The position numbers were made by a program, and so were the translations under genes. From assembly GCF_000150275.1 (NCBI RefSeq), contig NW_002060951.1:2118297-2182296 (forward strand): a DNA stretch of 64,000 bases, written 5' to 3'. Under the pieces are notes generated by a model. The model made no database searches. It saw only the letters and a list, made by a program, of their open reading frames with translations, and had not been told where the DNA came from. This DNA is from Trichoplax adhaerens. Taxonomy: Eukaryota; Animalia; Placozoa. Numbering within the stretch: the first letter of the stretch is position 1; every line of letters starts with the position of its first letter. Positions 15,901 through 30,818 of the stretch are shown piece after piece.

Positions 15901-17505
15901 TAAATGAAGGCTAATTGAAATCAAGTTATAAGTATAATAATAAAGTGAAGACTGCAGTGATCTCAGCTAATTACAGAAGTGTGTTAGGGAACGCAAAGAT
16001 AGTATGTAGTGTAGAACAATATATCTTGATAAAGTAAGTGTTGATTAGAGTTAAAAACCCATACATTACAGAGACTCTATTTCTCAATCAGTTATTGATT
16101 GGTAAGTTAACATGTAGTCACCCTCTCCTTCCGTACATTTCGCGAATAATACCGTAATAAAAACTAATATCTACCGTATATTAGTCTGTCTGATAGCTAT
16201 AGAATAGCCGAGCGATGTTTAAATTGCGCATTAACATTCTTTCGGTTCTCTTCAGTAATGGATAAGATGTGGTTTTACACCGTTCTATCATTCGACATGA
16301 GTAAATTGCTACCGCTGAACGATCGCCAAGCTTATATCTCTAAGCAATAGGTTAAGTACATAGAGTATTTCAGATTGAAGTAAAATTTTGCCTTAAAAAA
16401 ATTAATCATATCTGTATGGGCATTGTTAAATAGCTACAAAATGGAAATGCTCAGATTTTCATTAAAAGCTATCAAATCATATAAATAATCCTTAAACGAT
16501 AATTAAAAAATTTAAACTACAGAGCAATAAAGAATTCGTTTAAGCTTTCAAGTTACTAACAGATGTAATGTGAGCACTAATCTAGGATTTGTAGTAAAAC
16601 ATAGCTCAATTGACTTTCTATCCCACTAGTACTGTGATCAGTTTGTTTAAATAGAAAATCTGTACTTGATATTTACGATAAATATAAATAGTGAAAACAA
16701 TGTTTGAAAACAATGTTTATGGCGAAATCAGGAACTAAAATAGACTTAATCTTAGCCTACTTTACGATAAAAAAGCTCAATTATTCGGTGTTTAATTGGC
16801 TTCGCTTCTTATGCTAGTTTGACACATGAATTTTAGTATGTAGTACTTTATATATTATAGCAACAACTAAGATTATCGATCATTAATTGAACTAAATAGT
16901 TAAAATCTGCTAGTTGTACTTTGTGAAAAATAATGTGTGATTTATCATAGCATACAGCAGTAGTTCTTTTTCATTATAGATTAACGTTATTGATGCGATC
17001 GAGTACTAAAGTTTTAAATTATAATTATAGTAGTAGCCGGATTTCTATTATTCGCTATTCATTGAAGCTTTTCGAGAAGAAAAAATTTATAAGCCAACTC
17101 GAAAGATGCTGTTCTAGTTGGTATTTTGCGCAAGGTTTATAATATTTCAGATATTTCAGATAACGTAAATAGATATTTATTCTGTTGTTCTTAGGGGTAA
17201 TATAACGCCAAATGCAAATATAGGTGTAGCATCAAATGTAGATATATGTTCCCTACCTGTGTATCCAAAACGACGTTATCTAATTTATAATCTTTTAGAA
17301 TATCTTGTCTGTTGTTAACATCTCTGATAGCCAACATAACAGCTTGCAAGTAGCCATTTGCGGCATTTATAGCAAATCCTTGACTTAAAGGATGGAGAGT
17401 ACCAAGGTATAGGATAGTTTTATTATTTTCCATGTCTTGCACTTTGCAATTACACGCTAAAGCTAGATTTAAAGTAAAAATAAATATGAAATAGCGGAAG
17501 GACAT
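9972..17505 (-). CDS. GABA-B receptor-like class C GPCR, paralog A (signal peptide, Venus flytrap, 7TM, short coiled coil); 15 exons, ~799 aa
   Basis: Exons 17505-17257, 15553-15416, 15134-14964, 14680-14579, 14193-14128, 14043-13846, 13747-13514, 13192-13132, 12933-12841, 12641-12491, 12372-12132, 11887-11765, 11104-10766, 10497-10342, 10049-9972 (2400 nt, all GT-AG). Motifs: AIRDVNNRQDILKDY, YPYFYRT..S..FNPAR, YVWFLSGW, AYDAVWSIAL, KITSPRIN, GFTLGFGALFCKTWR, FGAFLAWETR..ELNDSK..SIYNV. There is no cysteine-rich domain, so it is GABA-B family rather than mGluR/CaSR. The terminal exon is less certain. Confidence 0.92.
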
Positions 17506-20500
17506 AATTTCTTAAAGCCCTATAGTTTCCCTTTACGATTTTAAAGCAAACTGATAGAGGAATAAATGCACTAAAACTAGAGAACGACCAACTACCTCAA
17601 AGTTTGTTATGTACTCGTTTAAATAAATCGATGATGATGTGGCTATAATTAGTTAAATCATATTTTTTATCAATATTTATGAATATTTGTCCATAATTCA
17701 CATTATATTAAAGAATATCACAACCGCTGAGAAAAAATGATTTCTAAGGTAATTGTCAATAATCTAATTAGATATTTATGAAGTTATTGTATTTATACCC
17801 TAATATTTTATTCATCTTAATTATGTTACAACTTAACAATAAAGTGCAACATTCTTCCTTTATTATTCCAAAAGTAGATATAATTACTAAATATTATCCA
17901 TTTTTAGACTGCATAGAAAAATAATAATGGCATTGATACTATGTGAGAAGATTAATAAACAACTTGCAATTAGCTTAATATTTGACGTTCAGGTGATATT
18001 GCATTGCTGTAAAAATACCAAATAAAGCAATTAATGGTCAATAGTAAAAATACGGGTATACACTGCTTATACCAGATCAGTATTAATTTATTAGCTGCAA
18101 TGCTCTTTCAATAATATTAATATAAAATGTGAAGCCTAAATATTTGCAATTTATACTATTATAGTATAGTTTGCATATGGCAAATGTACAGTATTTTACA
18201 ATGTTAGGACTGTTATTACGGATATAACTTATTCAAAGATACAATCAATCGCGAACGCGATATCTATATTGAGATCGATCAGTTGCCATCCAAAAGCTAA
18301 TTTGACAATAATTATTATAACATCTGGAGGTAACGGATTAATGATATAAATTGGAAAATTGATCATGTTCAAAAGTTTACTTAATGCTAACCACGTGATT
18401 AAGCAAACACCTGGGTTAAATTAGCTATGGCCCTTTCAAAAGTTTCATAAATTATTTTCTTCATGATTATCTACCGTATTAATAATTAGTAAACACTATC
18501 TGATATCATTATTGAAATGTCTAGGTAATTTATCTATTGAAAATCTGTTATTAAAATGTAATAGTGTCTTCAGTTTATTTTATTACAGTTCTATATAGCT
18601 TATAGCAGGAAATAATTTAGAGCTATAAATAGTTACTAAGTGAGTAAAAAACATTCTTAAGGATAATTTTTAAAATAAGATATATCTATTCCTCTATGCT
18701 CTGAAGCTCAGAATTTGGTGAATTCGTGACGTCCTGTTATTATCATTCAAAAGTTTCATTTATTTAAAATATGGATACAATATGGATGCTCTATCAAACA
18801 CGTAAAACTATAAAGGACTACTCGATTCTTTATCAGTGATACTGGTATTGTAAAATTGCTATTGTAGCTTCAACCTACTATACTAGAGCTAGCAAAATAA
18901 ACTAGAACGATACTACTAGTATAACATCTTAGAATAAATTTACAATAATTGATTTACAAATATACACTTAGAATCAATTTTCGTAAATAATATTACTAAT
19001 GTTATAAATACATATTACTGTATATCGCCCAGAATAGTCGTGATATTATACTACAAAATTAGTTTATAACTTAGAGCTACATATTATGGATGTATAGCAT
19101 ATATCTATACGATAGACTGGATGGAGCTGGAAAGCAGTCAATACACTATTTAGTGCGCAAACTAATTTGAATTGTATATAATTCAGTCAATTCATAACCT
19201 CTCATAACTCGTAAAGGGTTCAAAGTCCAAATAAATTTGATAAATAGCATTACTGTATGAATAAACCAAATTAAAAGTAATTATCGCTAATTGATGCACG
19301 CATATCTCAAATTTACATTGTGGTATTTTTTACATTTAAATATTAGAAATAAATTAGCTGTCTTTTTGATTCTAATATCTGTTTACAGCGTACGTATTGC
19401 ATAAATGCGCATCTTGAATATCAATCTGAGCTTAATTGACGTCAGTTTATTAATAGATATATTTGCTTAGATACCCATATGCGACCTCCCGAACTATGCA
19501 TACCCTATACGATATAAATGTAATGCCATAGGTCTTAAAATACAGTAGCATGATTTCCAGTATCATTAGAAAGCCCTTAATAATATGCTTGGTGTTATAT
19601 TAAAATTTGGGTTTTGCTGATGATTATCGATTACTGCAATCATTTATAATAATAGGCTAACAGCACTCGACTATTCCCACGCCTAAGTGTAGTATCCTTG
19701 ACGCCGCTGTTCCACGACTTACTTACGATTATAATTATCGGGGTCTTACCATAGAACCATTTTCCCACAATCTCAAAGTCCAAATATAACCTATTCTGAA
19801 CAAGGCTACAATTCGATCTTTGATGAATTAAACCTAGAAATACGTACTTGCACTATCTTATAATCAAGCATTCATCATGAATTACGTTCATACAATCGTA
19901 TAACTTTAATCGTAAATCAATTTTGTAGTTGTACCTCAGTAGCATTCTAATACAGCACTAGAATTTAAATCAAATGTTAAAGCCATAGCCTTTCATTATC
20001 TTTAATGATTGAGATGTCTTTATTGGTGAGCCTGCAGTTTTAAAATGCTCATTTACATCGAATTCATAGCAAATTCTTTATACCGACATCTTTATTAGAG
20101 TATGAATTTCTAAGATGTCTTACAATCATAACATACTTGCATGTACTATTCACATAGGGTACAATTGGTGAAATACGGCAAATACCAGGAATTTTAATTA
20201 AATGGAATTGTCAAGTTTCATAATGATATTAAAATCAGAGTTAATCGAACTAGAAATATCAATGTGTCGTAATGTTGCGACTTTTAATAGAATAGCTCCA
20301 GTAAGTACAAATTACTGTAAGATACTAAAGAAAAATATTCCACTGTAATACTACAAATAGATCCGATATCTGCTTATTTGCCGTCAAGATTCAGATACTA
20401 AGCTATCTTATGGCAATATTATACTATTCATTGATAGTTTACACTGTTCACCACATTATAACAAAAGCTTTGGACTATTTTCGATCATCTCAAACGAACT

Positions 20501-20663
20501 CTAGTAGCAGTTGCGCTACAAATAAGTGGATAATAATGGAAGTACGTCTTAAAGAATTGATTTCATATTAGAGGCAGATTAGAGAATTATCATGGATTAT
20601 TGTTCAAATTAAATAATTGATAGATATACTCGAAATGAGATTACTCATATTTAAATTATATCG

Positions 20664-23600
20664 CTAAGTTGAGAATAGACTACGAATTTCTTCGGATTCT
20701 TGAACATTGATGTTATTTGCTAGTATAAACTGTTTAAGTTTATAAACAATTTCATTTTGCTGTAGTCAAAACAATGATATCAAAGTTAGAGATATTGTAA
20801 TTGAATTATGTATTGAAATAAATTGTTTAACTAGTATAGCTTCGATTTTTGCATTTTTATTGTTAATAAGGTTATTAATTTATGTGTCTTAAATCTCGAG
20901 AATAGTAAATAATACTAAAAGTGACGGTAAAAGTAGTAAAAGACAAAAGCAATCTTTAACAGGAAATTGAATCACTGCATGAGCTAATTCTGAAAACTAA
21001 AATTCTTACCTGTTCAATTTCACGCTTATAGGTAGTAACATCGACCGTATTTATTGTGCCATTAATTCCTTCTTTGGTATTAGACCGCACTTTATTGGTT
21101 CTATTAGCGTAAAATGAGGTTACATCCCTACCTTCTTTAACATTTCGTATCTAATAAATAAGAAATTTAACTATCATTACTATAAACGCAACATACAAGA
21201 TAGAACAACATTGATTATTTTGAAGCACGTTATATTAATTGAACCAGCTAAATACAGAACTCAACCATGAACGTTATAGTTATATCTATGTTATTCATTA
21301 TCGAGATAGTAATTTATACAGCTCATATGCCATGATTCCGTATCTGTATATCAAAATTTTTAACAGCCGTTGACAAAAAGGTGTATACAGGCTCTACTTT
21401 GGGGCTCGTTCTAGGAAAAATCAGCACGATATGTTTCCAATATAAAATTTGAACTATTTCTACCACAGATTATAAGTCTACTTAATTTGATTTATAATTA
21501 TGTACTAATAAAGTTTATTGATCGGAGACACTACTGCAATGAATTGAATTACGAGTATACAGAGCTAATATTTAAGTATGTAGTATTTTAATGCGAGCAT
21601 ATACGAACGACATTATATCGCTATCATAATAAATAAGAAGTACGTAAATAACGATCAGCGCTATGCTAGCCTACAATCTTCCCATTTGACAACGATATTT
21701 TAATGATTAAGCGTAGAGAACAAATTTTCGATAAATTCTGAAGCAATAATTGCTATATTTTGAATACTTTTAAGCTGTTACAAATATTTACCATTGGGAT
21801 AAAGATTATACAGATGGTTACGGTATTGCAGAAAATGATGAAGGATGACACGATGGAGTAACTAGTGCTAGGTTCGGCTGTTGTAAATTGATATAGAATT
21901 ACACCAACAGTGCATAGCAAGGCAACATTATATATAGATAAACCAATCAATTTAGAGTCATTTATTTCTTGGATATTAACATGACGTGTTTCCCAAGCCA
22001 AAAATGCACCAAAGATCATCAGCACAAATTTATAGCCATATATAACACCTAACCAAATTGGCATATTTACGGATTGGCAAACCATCGTGATAGATGTAAT
22101 CTCATAATCCCCTATTGACGAAGTATGCTAGGAATAAAATATTAGATAGAAAGAACTTAGTTTTATAATTGCGAGTTGCTCTTTAAAATTTCTAATGAAT
22201 TAGTATAAATATTGGTATAAAGACGTTGATTTTCCAATTTTGAAACCTTTACATTGATGATTAATCTAAAATGAGTCTCATATAAGAATATAAGACTCCA
22301 TTAAGGCACTATAAATTTTAAGCAGTTCTACGATCTGGATATTTACCATTAGAAGTCCGATGATGCTAACGTATAGATTTTATGTGCAAGCAACAATATA
22401 CGCCATGAATTAAATTTAGCAAATTGTCATATGGTGGCTCAAACTCAGTTGAAAGTATTTACAGCATCATTACACCGCAAAAAGGGTAGCAAAAACTAAA
22501 TGAAATAAAGACTCCTATGTCCGGTGTTTATCGGAGAATTGAGTGCTTAAGAATCTTTGTACATTTAGTTTCATAATCTTAATATTATTGATTTGACAGC
22601 ATTTTAAGTTATACGAACACTTATCAAGCTAACAGGTTTACTTTTAATCCGATTAATTGAATACGTATTTAATGCATAGGGCTTTAGCTAACAGCCGTTA
22701 TAAATAAAGATTCGTTATAAGAATCATTAAAAAGAAGTAAGCATTACCTTGGACAGAATTGAATTTTCGATAGTTCGCATTGGATCAATAATTTGCCACA
22801 AGGATAAAATAATAATATCGATTACCAGGAGTACAGCAAGTCTTGGTAAGATGTGAATATCGCGGATAATCTAAACATGTAATGATATTCTTGAATATAA
22901 TCTGCTTAAGTAACTGATGGTATTGCAGTAGACATATCCGTTACACGTCTTGTAGCAAAACAGTAGTTATTTAAAGTAGTTAGGAAGCCTGCAAATTGTA
23001 ATAGGAATATCGAGTAATCTAAGAGGTAACCTTTCGTTTAGGACTTTTGCTTTTGTATATTGCATAAACTCTCCAGGTTTTCCAAAATAATGAACCGAAA
23101 CCCAAAGTAAAACCAATCGACAATAACCATACGGCTGCAGTGCAAGAAGCAATAAAAGTTTTGGAGGATATCAGATTCCAATCCAAACCCAACAGTATAA
23201 CAGATAAGTAGCATAGTACACATCCCAATAGAAGCATAACATTAACCCGTGGACTTGTGATCTTAACTTGCCTGCAAAGAGAATAGTAAAGGAGATTAGA
23301 ACATGGACGTCTTATTATGTATTACCCACATACTTAGTTGATGTTTATGGTAAAATAATACAAGGTACAGTAAATGCAGCATTTTATAAACGCATAGCAA
23401 CATACTCTATGTACTAGTCATGATGCAATTCGTAATTCATACCTTACTGAACGGTATGTAACGTTGAAAGTAATCATGAAAAGGCTTAACAGAGTACCAA
23501 GGGAAGATAATGTCGCAAAGATAGCAAATATCTCTTTCCCAACACTCAATCTTCGTATTATCCTCTTAGCATGATCAACTGGCGTATAATTTCCTGTCGT

Positions 23601-26600
23601 TCATAATCGTATCAAGTTGCAGATATTAGTAAGAAATATTGATCTGTACGGCTTATTGTTATTAACGTATTCAAACTATTGCTAAATTGCTCCAGTTACT
23701 GCTACCATTAGAACTTTACCTATGAAATATGATAGAATTTCAATGATCTCAATATGTGTATAATGCATATACCTTTGAAAGTGATCTTATTTTTGTAGTT
23801 GCTGAAAAATAATTTCTTCTCAAAAACGTCGTAAAATCCAACTGTTACCGTATAGTTGATGTAAACCTTTCCTAAGTGAATATGATTATGTATGGCAAAA
23901 AAATTTTGAAATGAGATAAGAATCACAAACGGCACGAACATATAATCATAAACTTGTTCTACAGAGTTAGCAAGTACTACATAAAAGATACTAGCGTGGA
24001 TATAATCGTTTATTAAAGTGTATCGATGGAATTTATAATCATAAAATTTTCAAACGAATTTCAAAATACGTTAATATCATATCGGTATAGATCGAATTCA
24101 ATCGTAAACTAAATATATTTCATCATGCCATAAGGATTAATCCCCTTTAAAACGTTAGTAATATCTAGTCAATTTTAGCTTACTGAAATTGCAATATATA
24201 TGGTTTATGAATAAATTTTCCTAACTTACGTTGATATTGCATAATTCTTACATTACCCAATCGATTTCCATCCTGGAATACAATCTTACCCTAAATTGAT
24301 AAGGTTAAATAGAATGTAAAAAGTCCGTATTGTTAACAGTTAACAAAATTTACTGATTAAGGAGAATTAATTGGGTAAAATCGTTTTTACTAACGCTAAC
24401 ACCAATAAATTGTACATCATTGATAGCTCTCTGAAGGATGTTCATGGTAGTTGAATCATTATAGTTAAAATCATCAAGTGAGCGAGAGTAATTTCTTTGC
24501 AAAATCTCCCGTGTTCGATTCAATGCTAATGCTATAGTCCAAGCTGCATCATAAGCGTAGGTATAACTACCACTTAAATGGATCTTGTCACCGAAGTTAA
24601 TATATTCCTTATTAAATCCTTCAGCCGTCTAAGATTAGTAGAAAATAAAATATTTTAGCTATACTTAAATAATGATTTATGGGCTGAGAAATTAAATGAA
24701 AGTATAAGATACAGTCATGACGCTTTTAATTTTTAGATATTAAAGTGAGAAGTATCGCTTATAAGCATATCGACATTCTTACGTAGCCTGCTAGTCTTGG
24801 TTCTGATAATCGTGGTAAGGTAACACCTTTGAAAGCAATATAGTAATCTGCTACTTCTAAGAGTTGAGCCATAGTGCAGTTGTAGTTGAATGTTTTAGGG
24901 CGATAATTATCAAAAATCCAATTCTCGAAAAACCAACCCGGTAGGAACCAAACATATTGTGCTCCATACAACTTATAAAGATATGCCTAAATTTCATATC
25001 GAAAAGGTCACTCGAGAGCTTGATTACTACTTCAATTACACCAAACTTAAAAATCCTACAGGTTAGTTTATGTATACGTTAGACTAACACAATATTACGA
25101 AATAAGTTCTAAATTTACCGAGCATAGCACTTGCAATATTTGTGCAGGATAGGCATTCAGAACAATAATACGTACATCTTTTTCCTAGAAAATGTTAGAT
25201 CATTCGATGTTTGTAATATTAAATAATTTCATTCGATCTTATTTTATTAGCAATTTGAACCATTAGTATAATTCCAGAATAATTTCAATATTATTTAACT
25301 ACAAGTGCGAAAGAATAAACAATGAGAAATTATAAATTGTGCGCATTGAACTTCAATTTAAGCGAATTAAGAACGATTATAAATACTGTAATTAGTAATT
25401 AAGATCGTAGAAATAGTATTTATTACCTTCAATTGAGAGATTGTAAAAGTAGGATCATCGGTAAAGCTCTCACTCGATACAACCTGAATATCCTCCCTTG
25501 AGGCAAGTTTTTCTAAATCTTTTGCTGCCTAAAATTGTTAATTAAATGTCACTATATAATTTGTTTTACATCATCCTATAATATTGGTGGCTATTGTATA
25601 TGGGTAACTAGTCATGGTTTGTTAAGAAGTATTTGTTACTGAAGTTATAGCGATAGATATATAATAATTTTGCTTAATAGGAGATTAAGGTTATCTAATA
25701 TGTACCCCATTGTTGTATTTAATGAGATCGATAGATATGCAGCAAATTTACTTGTTGGGAAGTGATAGTTATCTAAATATGTATTCTTATATCTATAGTA
25801 TACATGCAATGAGGCAAACTATTCTAATGTGATAAAATTAAAAGAATATATATTTATTACAGCAAGCAATAGATAAGATTCCTTTAATACGGCTGCTAGA
25901 AAAATAGTAGCAATCCATACTTTTAGTTACTATAATTAAACGATTTGCGTGAGTAGCTTACAAATAAGGATAATATAGAAACTATGTAAACATTTAGCTT
26001 CAACAATAATATTATTCTCATCCTCTGTAAAATTTTTCATCTCGTAACTAAGAATAAATACTTTCATGAAACAATTACGTACGTAAGTAAATAAGTCAGT
26101 TACTTGACTTATTAAGCCAATTCGTGTCCAATTAAAATGTTTCATAACCGCAATTCTTGCCGGATTATAACTGAAATCCGATATGGAAGTTCGAAAAAAA
26201 TTGGAATAGGTCTTCTTGTTAGCTAGTTTCATGGAGGTTGCAGAGGGAGAAAACTAAAGCATAATATTATTAAGGAAAAAAACTGAGCTCCGGTGATTAA
26301 AATTGATATTACAAAGGATATAAAAGAACTGAAATATTTCAATATGCAATGTAGTAGCCACTATTTTACAATTGTTTTGTAGATATAGCTTGATTAATTC
26401 TTATAAGAAATAAAGAGTAACATGAAAATATTTCAGATTCTGTTACGGGTTCATTCTTTCTAGGTTTACTATAGTATATGAGCAAAAATATTGTTCTATA
26501 CCTAATTTTTGCTATAGACTCTCGTATAAAATTTTAACGCTATTAGATGAGGTTCCATTTGAAATTTTTCAGTTTTCTATCTATAGTAGTATTAGTTATG

Positions 26601-29600
26601 ATTAGTAATTATGATTGATACGGTTTGAAATATGAAAAACTATTTCTAAACCATTACTCTTTGTCGGGTTAATTACATTCTTAGCATTAAAAACAAATAT
26701 TTAACTTTGGTTCTTGGTAAAATTTTAAAGCAAGATATCACCGATTGAAGTAGTATTTTCTCATTCAGTAATTTAATAAACAAATTACATTATATGACAT
26801 AAAGTATATCAATTTTAAAATATTGACATCCTTTGAAATAGATCGCTGGCATAGTTTTAATGTCAAAATTTTGAAGTATAAATTTTATGTTGTGCCATAA
26901 TAAATTGCCTCTATTTAGGTAATTTAACTTGGCATACTGTCTACATCTTAATTTAATCATCTATACGCAAGTAAGATACTATAATATAGAGTCTTATAAT
27001 ATCTGTATAAACCTGTATGTCTTATGCGTGTACATTACGCATATTTTATGTTTTTTACTCAACTTTAATTGATATTTACGTGGCCTGATGAATTAATATC
27101 ACTATAGTATTCAAGAAAGTTTGAGTTCATCGTCTAGTCTACCGAAAAATGTTGCAATTACCGTAAGCAGTAATAGAAATTATTACAATTGGAAGTATTA
27201 GCTGCGTGACAACAGCAATAGTAACATGCCTACGCATAAAGTATATACAGAAAATAGTCATCAAACTATAAGCTTCTAATATTGAAATAGCCTTTCTCTA
27301 AAATACGATAACGAAATGTCACAAAACAGCTTTGCAACAAGATAACGTAATGTACGATCAATAAGTCAATTCCTTGAACCACGTATCAAGGAACGATATC
27401 TGCACTATCAGAAATACTTTTGCCCTACTAGTAGACTACACAAAGACTTAGACGCCTCGTACTTTATATTAAACACTAAGTTTTTTTAAGAATCGATTTT
27501 ATTACACGATATTCTGCATTTATATACTCTTCCTTAATAGTTCATGAGTCATAGTTAGTGCGATTAACTTTGGAATCATTTACTGAACTAGATATTAATT
27601 TTAGCAACTGCTCCCTTAATGCAGACAACAGTATCTACGAACATAGACATCTGATGACTAATACAGAATAGTCAAACTACGATATGTCCTATCATGGAAC
27701 ACTTCCACGATAATTTACAATCTACTATAAGTAAGTTACAATCACAATGATTCGAACTGTAAGTAGATGATTTGCATTCCCTATTATAACCATTAATTTC
27801 AGTATGTGTATATGTGTCTCTGTCATAAAAAGTCAGTGCTATATTAAAACACAGTATATCCAAATTAGAAGTTAGCTAAATAAGGATAGGCTAACAGTAT
27901 TATCCTAACATAGATATTTCTACTCTAATACAGTATATAACACTGCCACGCGAAAGTTGTCGCATTATATTATATAGACTAATATTTTGATTTAATGCAC
28001 ATTGATATCAACGGTAATTAGTAAATCAGGCGCTTTGTAAAGTGCCTGGAATTCTCTAGGCATTTTATACAATGATCGATCCTTCGCTAGGACACTAAAT
28101 ATCAACCATTACCAAAAATTTAAAATCAAAAGTAGCAGTAAAAATATTGAAATCAAAGGATAGTAAATACGTGTTATTTACTACATATTAAAGAGTATCA
28201 AAATTCCAGCATCAGCAGTAAAATGAATGTTGTATGGTTATTAATTAAATAGACCCAGTATTCTTATTTTAATTCTATTCCAAATTTCTCTAACAAGCAT
28301 ATACGAAATAGTTAAGTTAGAACTGTTATGGTGTAGAATATAATCAATTAGCACTAGTTAAAAGGGCAAACAATGAAACTCTTGTATTGGAAAAAATGGG
28401 ATTAAGGCTTACTCCTAATAATGCATATATGTATTGATCAAATTACTTACTAATACATCATTGTAACTTAAAATCAGTAAGTTATAAATTTAAGTAAGGA
28501 TCTAAGCAAACTTTAGTTAAAGTTTTATTATGGACTGTTCATTTGTTTGCGGCGAGTAAGATATTAAAAATGCTTCAAGCTATTCTCGTATTTGTGCATT
28601 GCACACAAACACACAGTACTATAAGATCATAAACTATAAAAGCTCGATGAAGTAATGATTTACTATTGCTTAGTAGAATTTAAAGATTAATTAAGTTAAT
28701 GGCTACTTAAAAGCTTTGTTAAAATGATGCTTGAAGCTGTTTTGTACCATTCCTCGATCGTTGTAATGACCATTACTCTATCTCTTTTTACTACTTAAAC
28801 GGATCTATGTGTCTATCTGTATTCGATATTAGGACTAAGTGTAAACTTTCATCCGTGAATAACAGCATTAAATTAGTTACATGTGATCTAGAAAGAGCTG
28901 CAATAAAGCATGTAGGCTGGAAGATTAATCTGATATCGAAGGTCACCGCTATGATGTTACGGTCAAAGGATTGACCGTAACAACGGCACCAGATTTGGTG
29001 AGTGCCGGTGTAACAGGCCAAAGCATACCCCCTTCAAAGTATACCCAAGTATAGTAGACTAGTTCAATTTACACCCCAGAGTCTATTCTAGCCTAGCCCC
29101 GACTATATCTGCCTAGTCCAGTTTATATATATCCCTGAAGAATAATATAGCCTAGCCCAGTTCATACCGCAAAGTAGTAACAGTCCATACGCGCATAATG
29201 AGAAATAACAAAAGCTGATTATGAGATTCAATTACTGCAAAAGAAATTACTATTACTTTTACTAACAATAATCTTTAAACAAGTGGACTGTGGTCATATT
29301 AGCTCTGATAAATTTGAATTGAAGAGCGATATCCTGATTTATTTTCAACGCTTAAAATAGTATAATTATTACACGAAATGCATAGGTATTGCGTGAGAAG
29401 ATTTCAGTAACAGAAAATAACTCCTTGAGCACCTTCACTTAAGCAAAGCACTTTAAAAGAGTTATCAACAGAGACAAATAGGAAGAGAAAATTAAAATTA
29501 GTAGATAAAAAATGGTGCTGTAGTTTGACTTATCACATAAAGCTTATTCCCATCGTAGCATTAAATATTAAGGAGTATTGGGTTATACAATTTTGCTAAT

Positions 29601-30818
29601 TTTAAGAATAACAGCAAGTAATATGCACTGCTGTAAAATACCTTAGAAATCGAAACTGGAACAAACCATTTTATTTTGATATGATACGGTACCGGTACTT
29701 AATTAACTGTCGTATTTTAGACTCATTAGCTTGATAATTTTAGTCTACTAATGGGAATGAGCGACTCAGAAAAGAAAGGATTTTTAACTGCAAGATCGTT
29801 TGATTGCCAATTGTATCCATCTAAGTGTATATTCTATATCCGATGGTCTTAATTGTAGGTTGGATTATAAAATAGTAGACCAAATAAACGACGATAAATA
29901 AAAAAATTACTCTATCTAATATAGTTTACCGTTATTAGATTCCAATATTTAGTTATAGGAGCTACCGCTTCGCAATTAGCTGATTGTATTGGCCCATAGA
30001 TCAAGTATTTCTTAGGTGGTTTACTAACCAAATCGAAAAATTCTTTAACAGCATGAAATGAATTATGCTGTAAAATATATGGAAAAGTTAATACAGCCCA
30101 TAATGATACTTATATTACATAGCAAGCCGATTGATAGAACGTCTATCTAAGAGATATAGCTTAATTGGAATTATATAATATAATCAAAATAATTAATATG
30201 TAATACCCGCTTTTTAAGCATCAATTTGGTTAGAATTTGATCAGATTATGGTATATCTTGCCATGCTACAGTAACACATCATAATTTATCCATAACCATT
30301 GCAGTAACCTGGAGTTACTATCAAACCTGTCAGAACGTACTCCATCTAGGGGTTGCCCTATTTACAGTATTTACTTTAGTACTAAATTACTGCATTAGAT
30401 CAATTTTTAAGATTATTATGTAAAAAACGATCTTTCTCTTCGAAAGCAACTTGTACATTAAGGATTTGATTTACTTTATGTATATCTTAATGGCTACATT
30501 AGTATAAAAATAATTGGATACAGTTTTAATTAAAATTTTGAGTCAACGTTTAAAAGACTAATAAGTATGCACCTTTGTATCTTTAATGATCACATCGAGT
30601 TTGTAACCTGGTAAAATATCTGATCGATTGTTAATATCTCTTAAGGCCATTCTAAAAGATTGCAAGTACGCTTGAGACGCTTTACTTGCAAATCCGTTAG
30701 AAAGTGGATGAAGTAGCCCAAGGTGCAGAATAGTCGTGTTTGCAAGACATTCGGATTTTAGCGAAAGCAGTTGGACAATAATATAAAACAAGAACCATAT
30801 TATAAGAATACTATTCAT
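20664..30818 (-). CDS. GABA-B receptor-like class C GPCR, paralog B; 15 exons, ~802 aa
   Basis: Exons 30818-30573, 30067-29930, 26253-26083, 25528-25427, 25184-25119, 24986-24783, 24628-24395, 24290-24230, 23871-23773, 23593-23443, 23271-23031, 22870-22748, 22127-21792, 21150-21010, 20759-20664 (2409 nt). Signal peptide MNSILIIWFLFYIIVQLLSL; same VFT/7TM motifs (FFRTSISDFSYNPAR, AYDAAWTIAL, FWKTWRV, LAWETRHVNIQEINDSK). Confidence 0.92.
27317..27482 (+). repeat. 166-bp interspersed repeat, copy 1 (intron 2 of GPCR B), with internal hairpin TTCCTTGA-N8-TCAAGGAA
   Basis: Its reverse complement aligns without gaps to 39090-39255 with about 12 mismatches (~93%), nearly all transitions. Confidence 0.9.
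28955..29007. repeat. Tandem pair of hairpins/inverted repeats in intron 2 of GPCR B
   Basis: Perfect 12-bp stem TGTTACGGTCAA-AGGA-TTGACCGTAACA (28955-28982), followed immediately by CGGCAC...GTGCCG (28984-29007). Confidence 0.8.
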
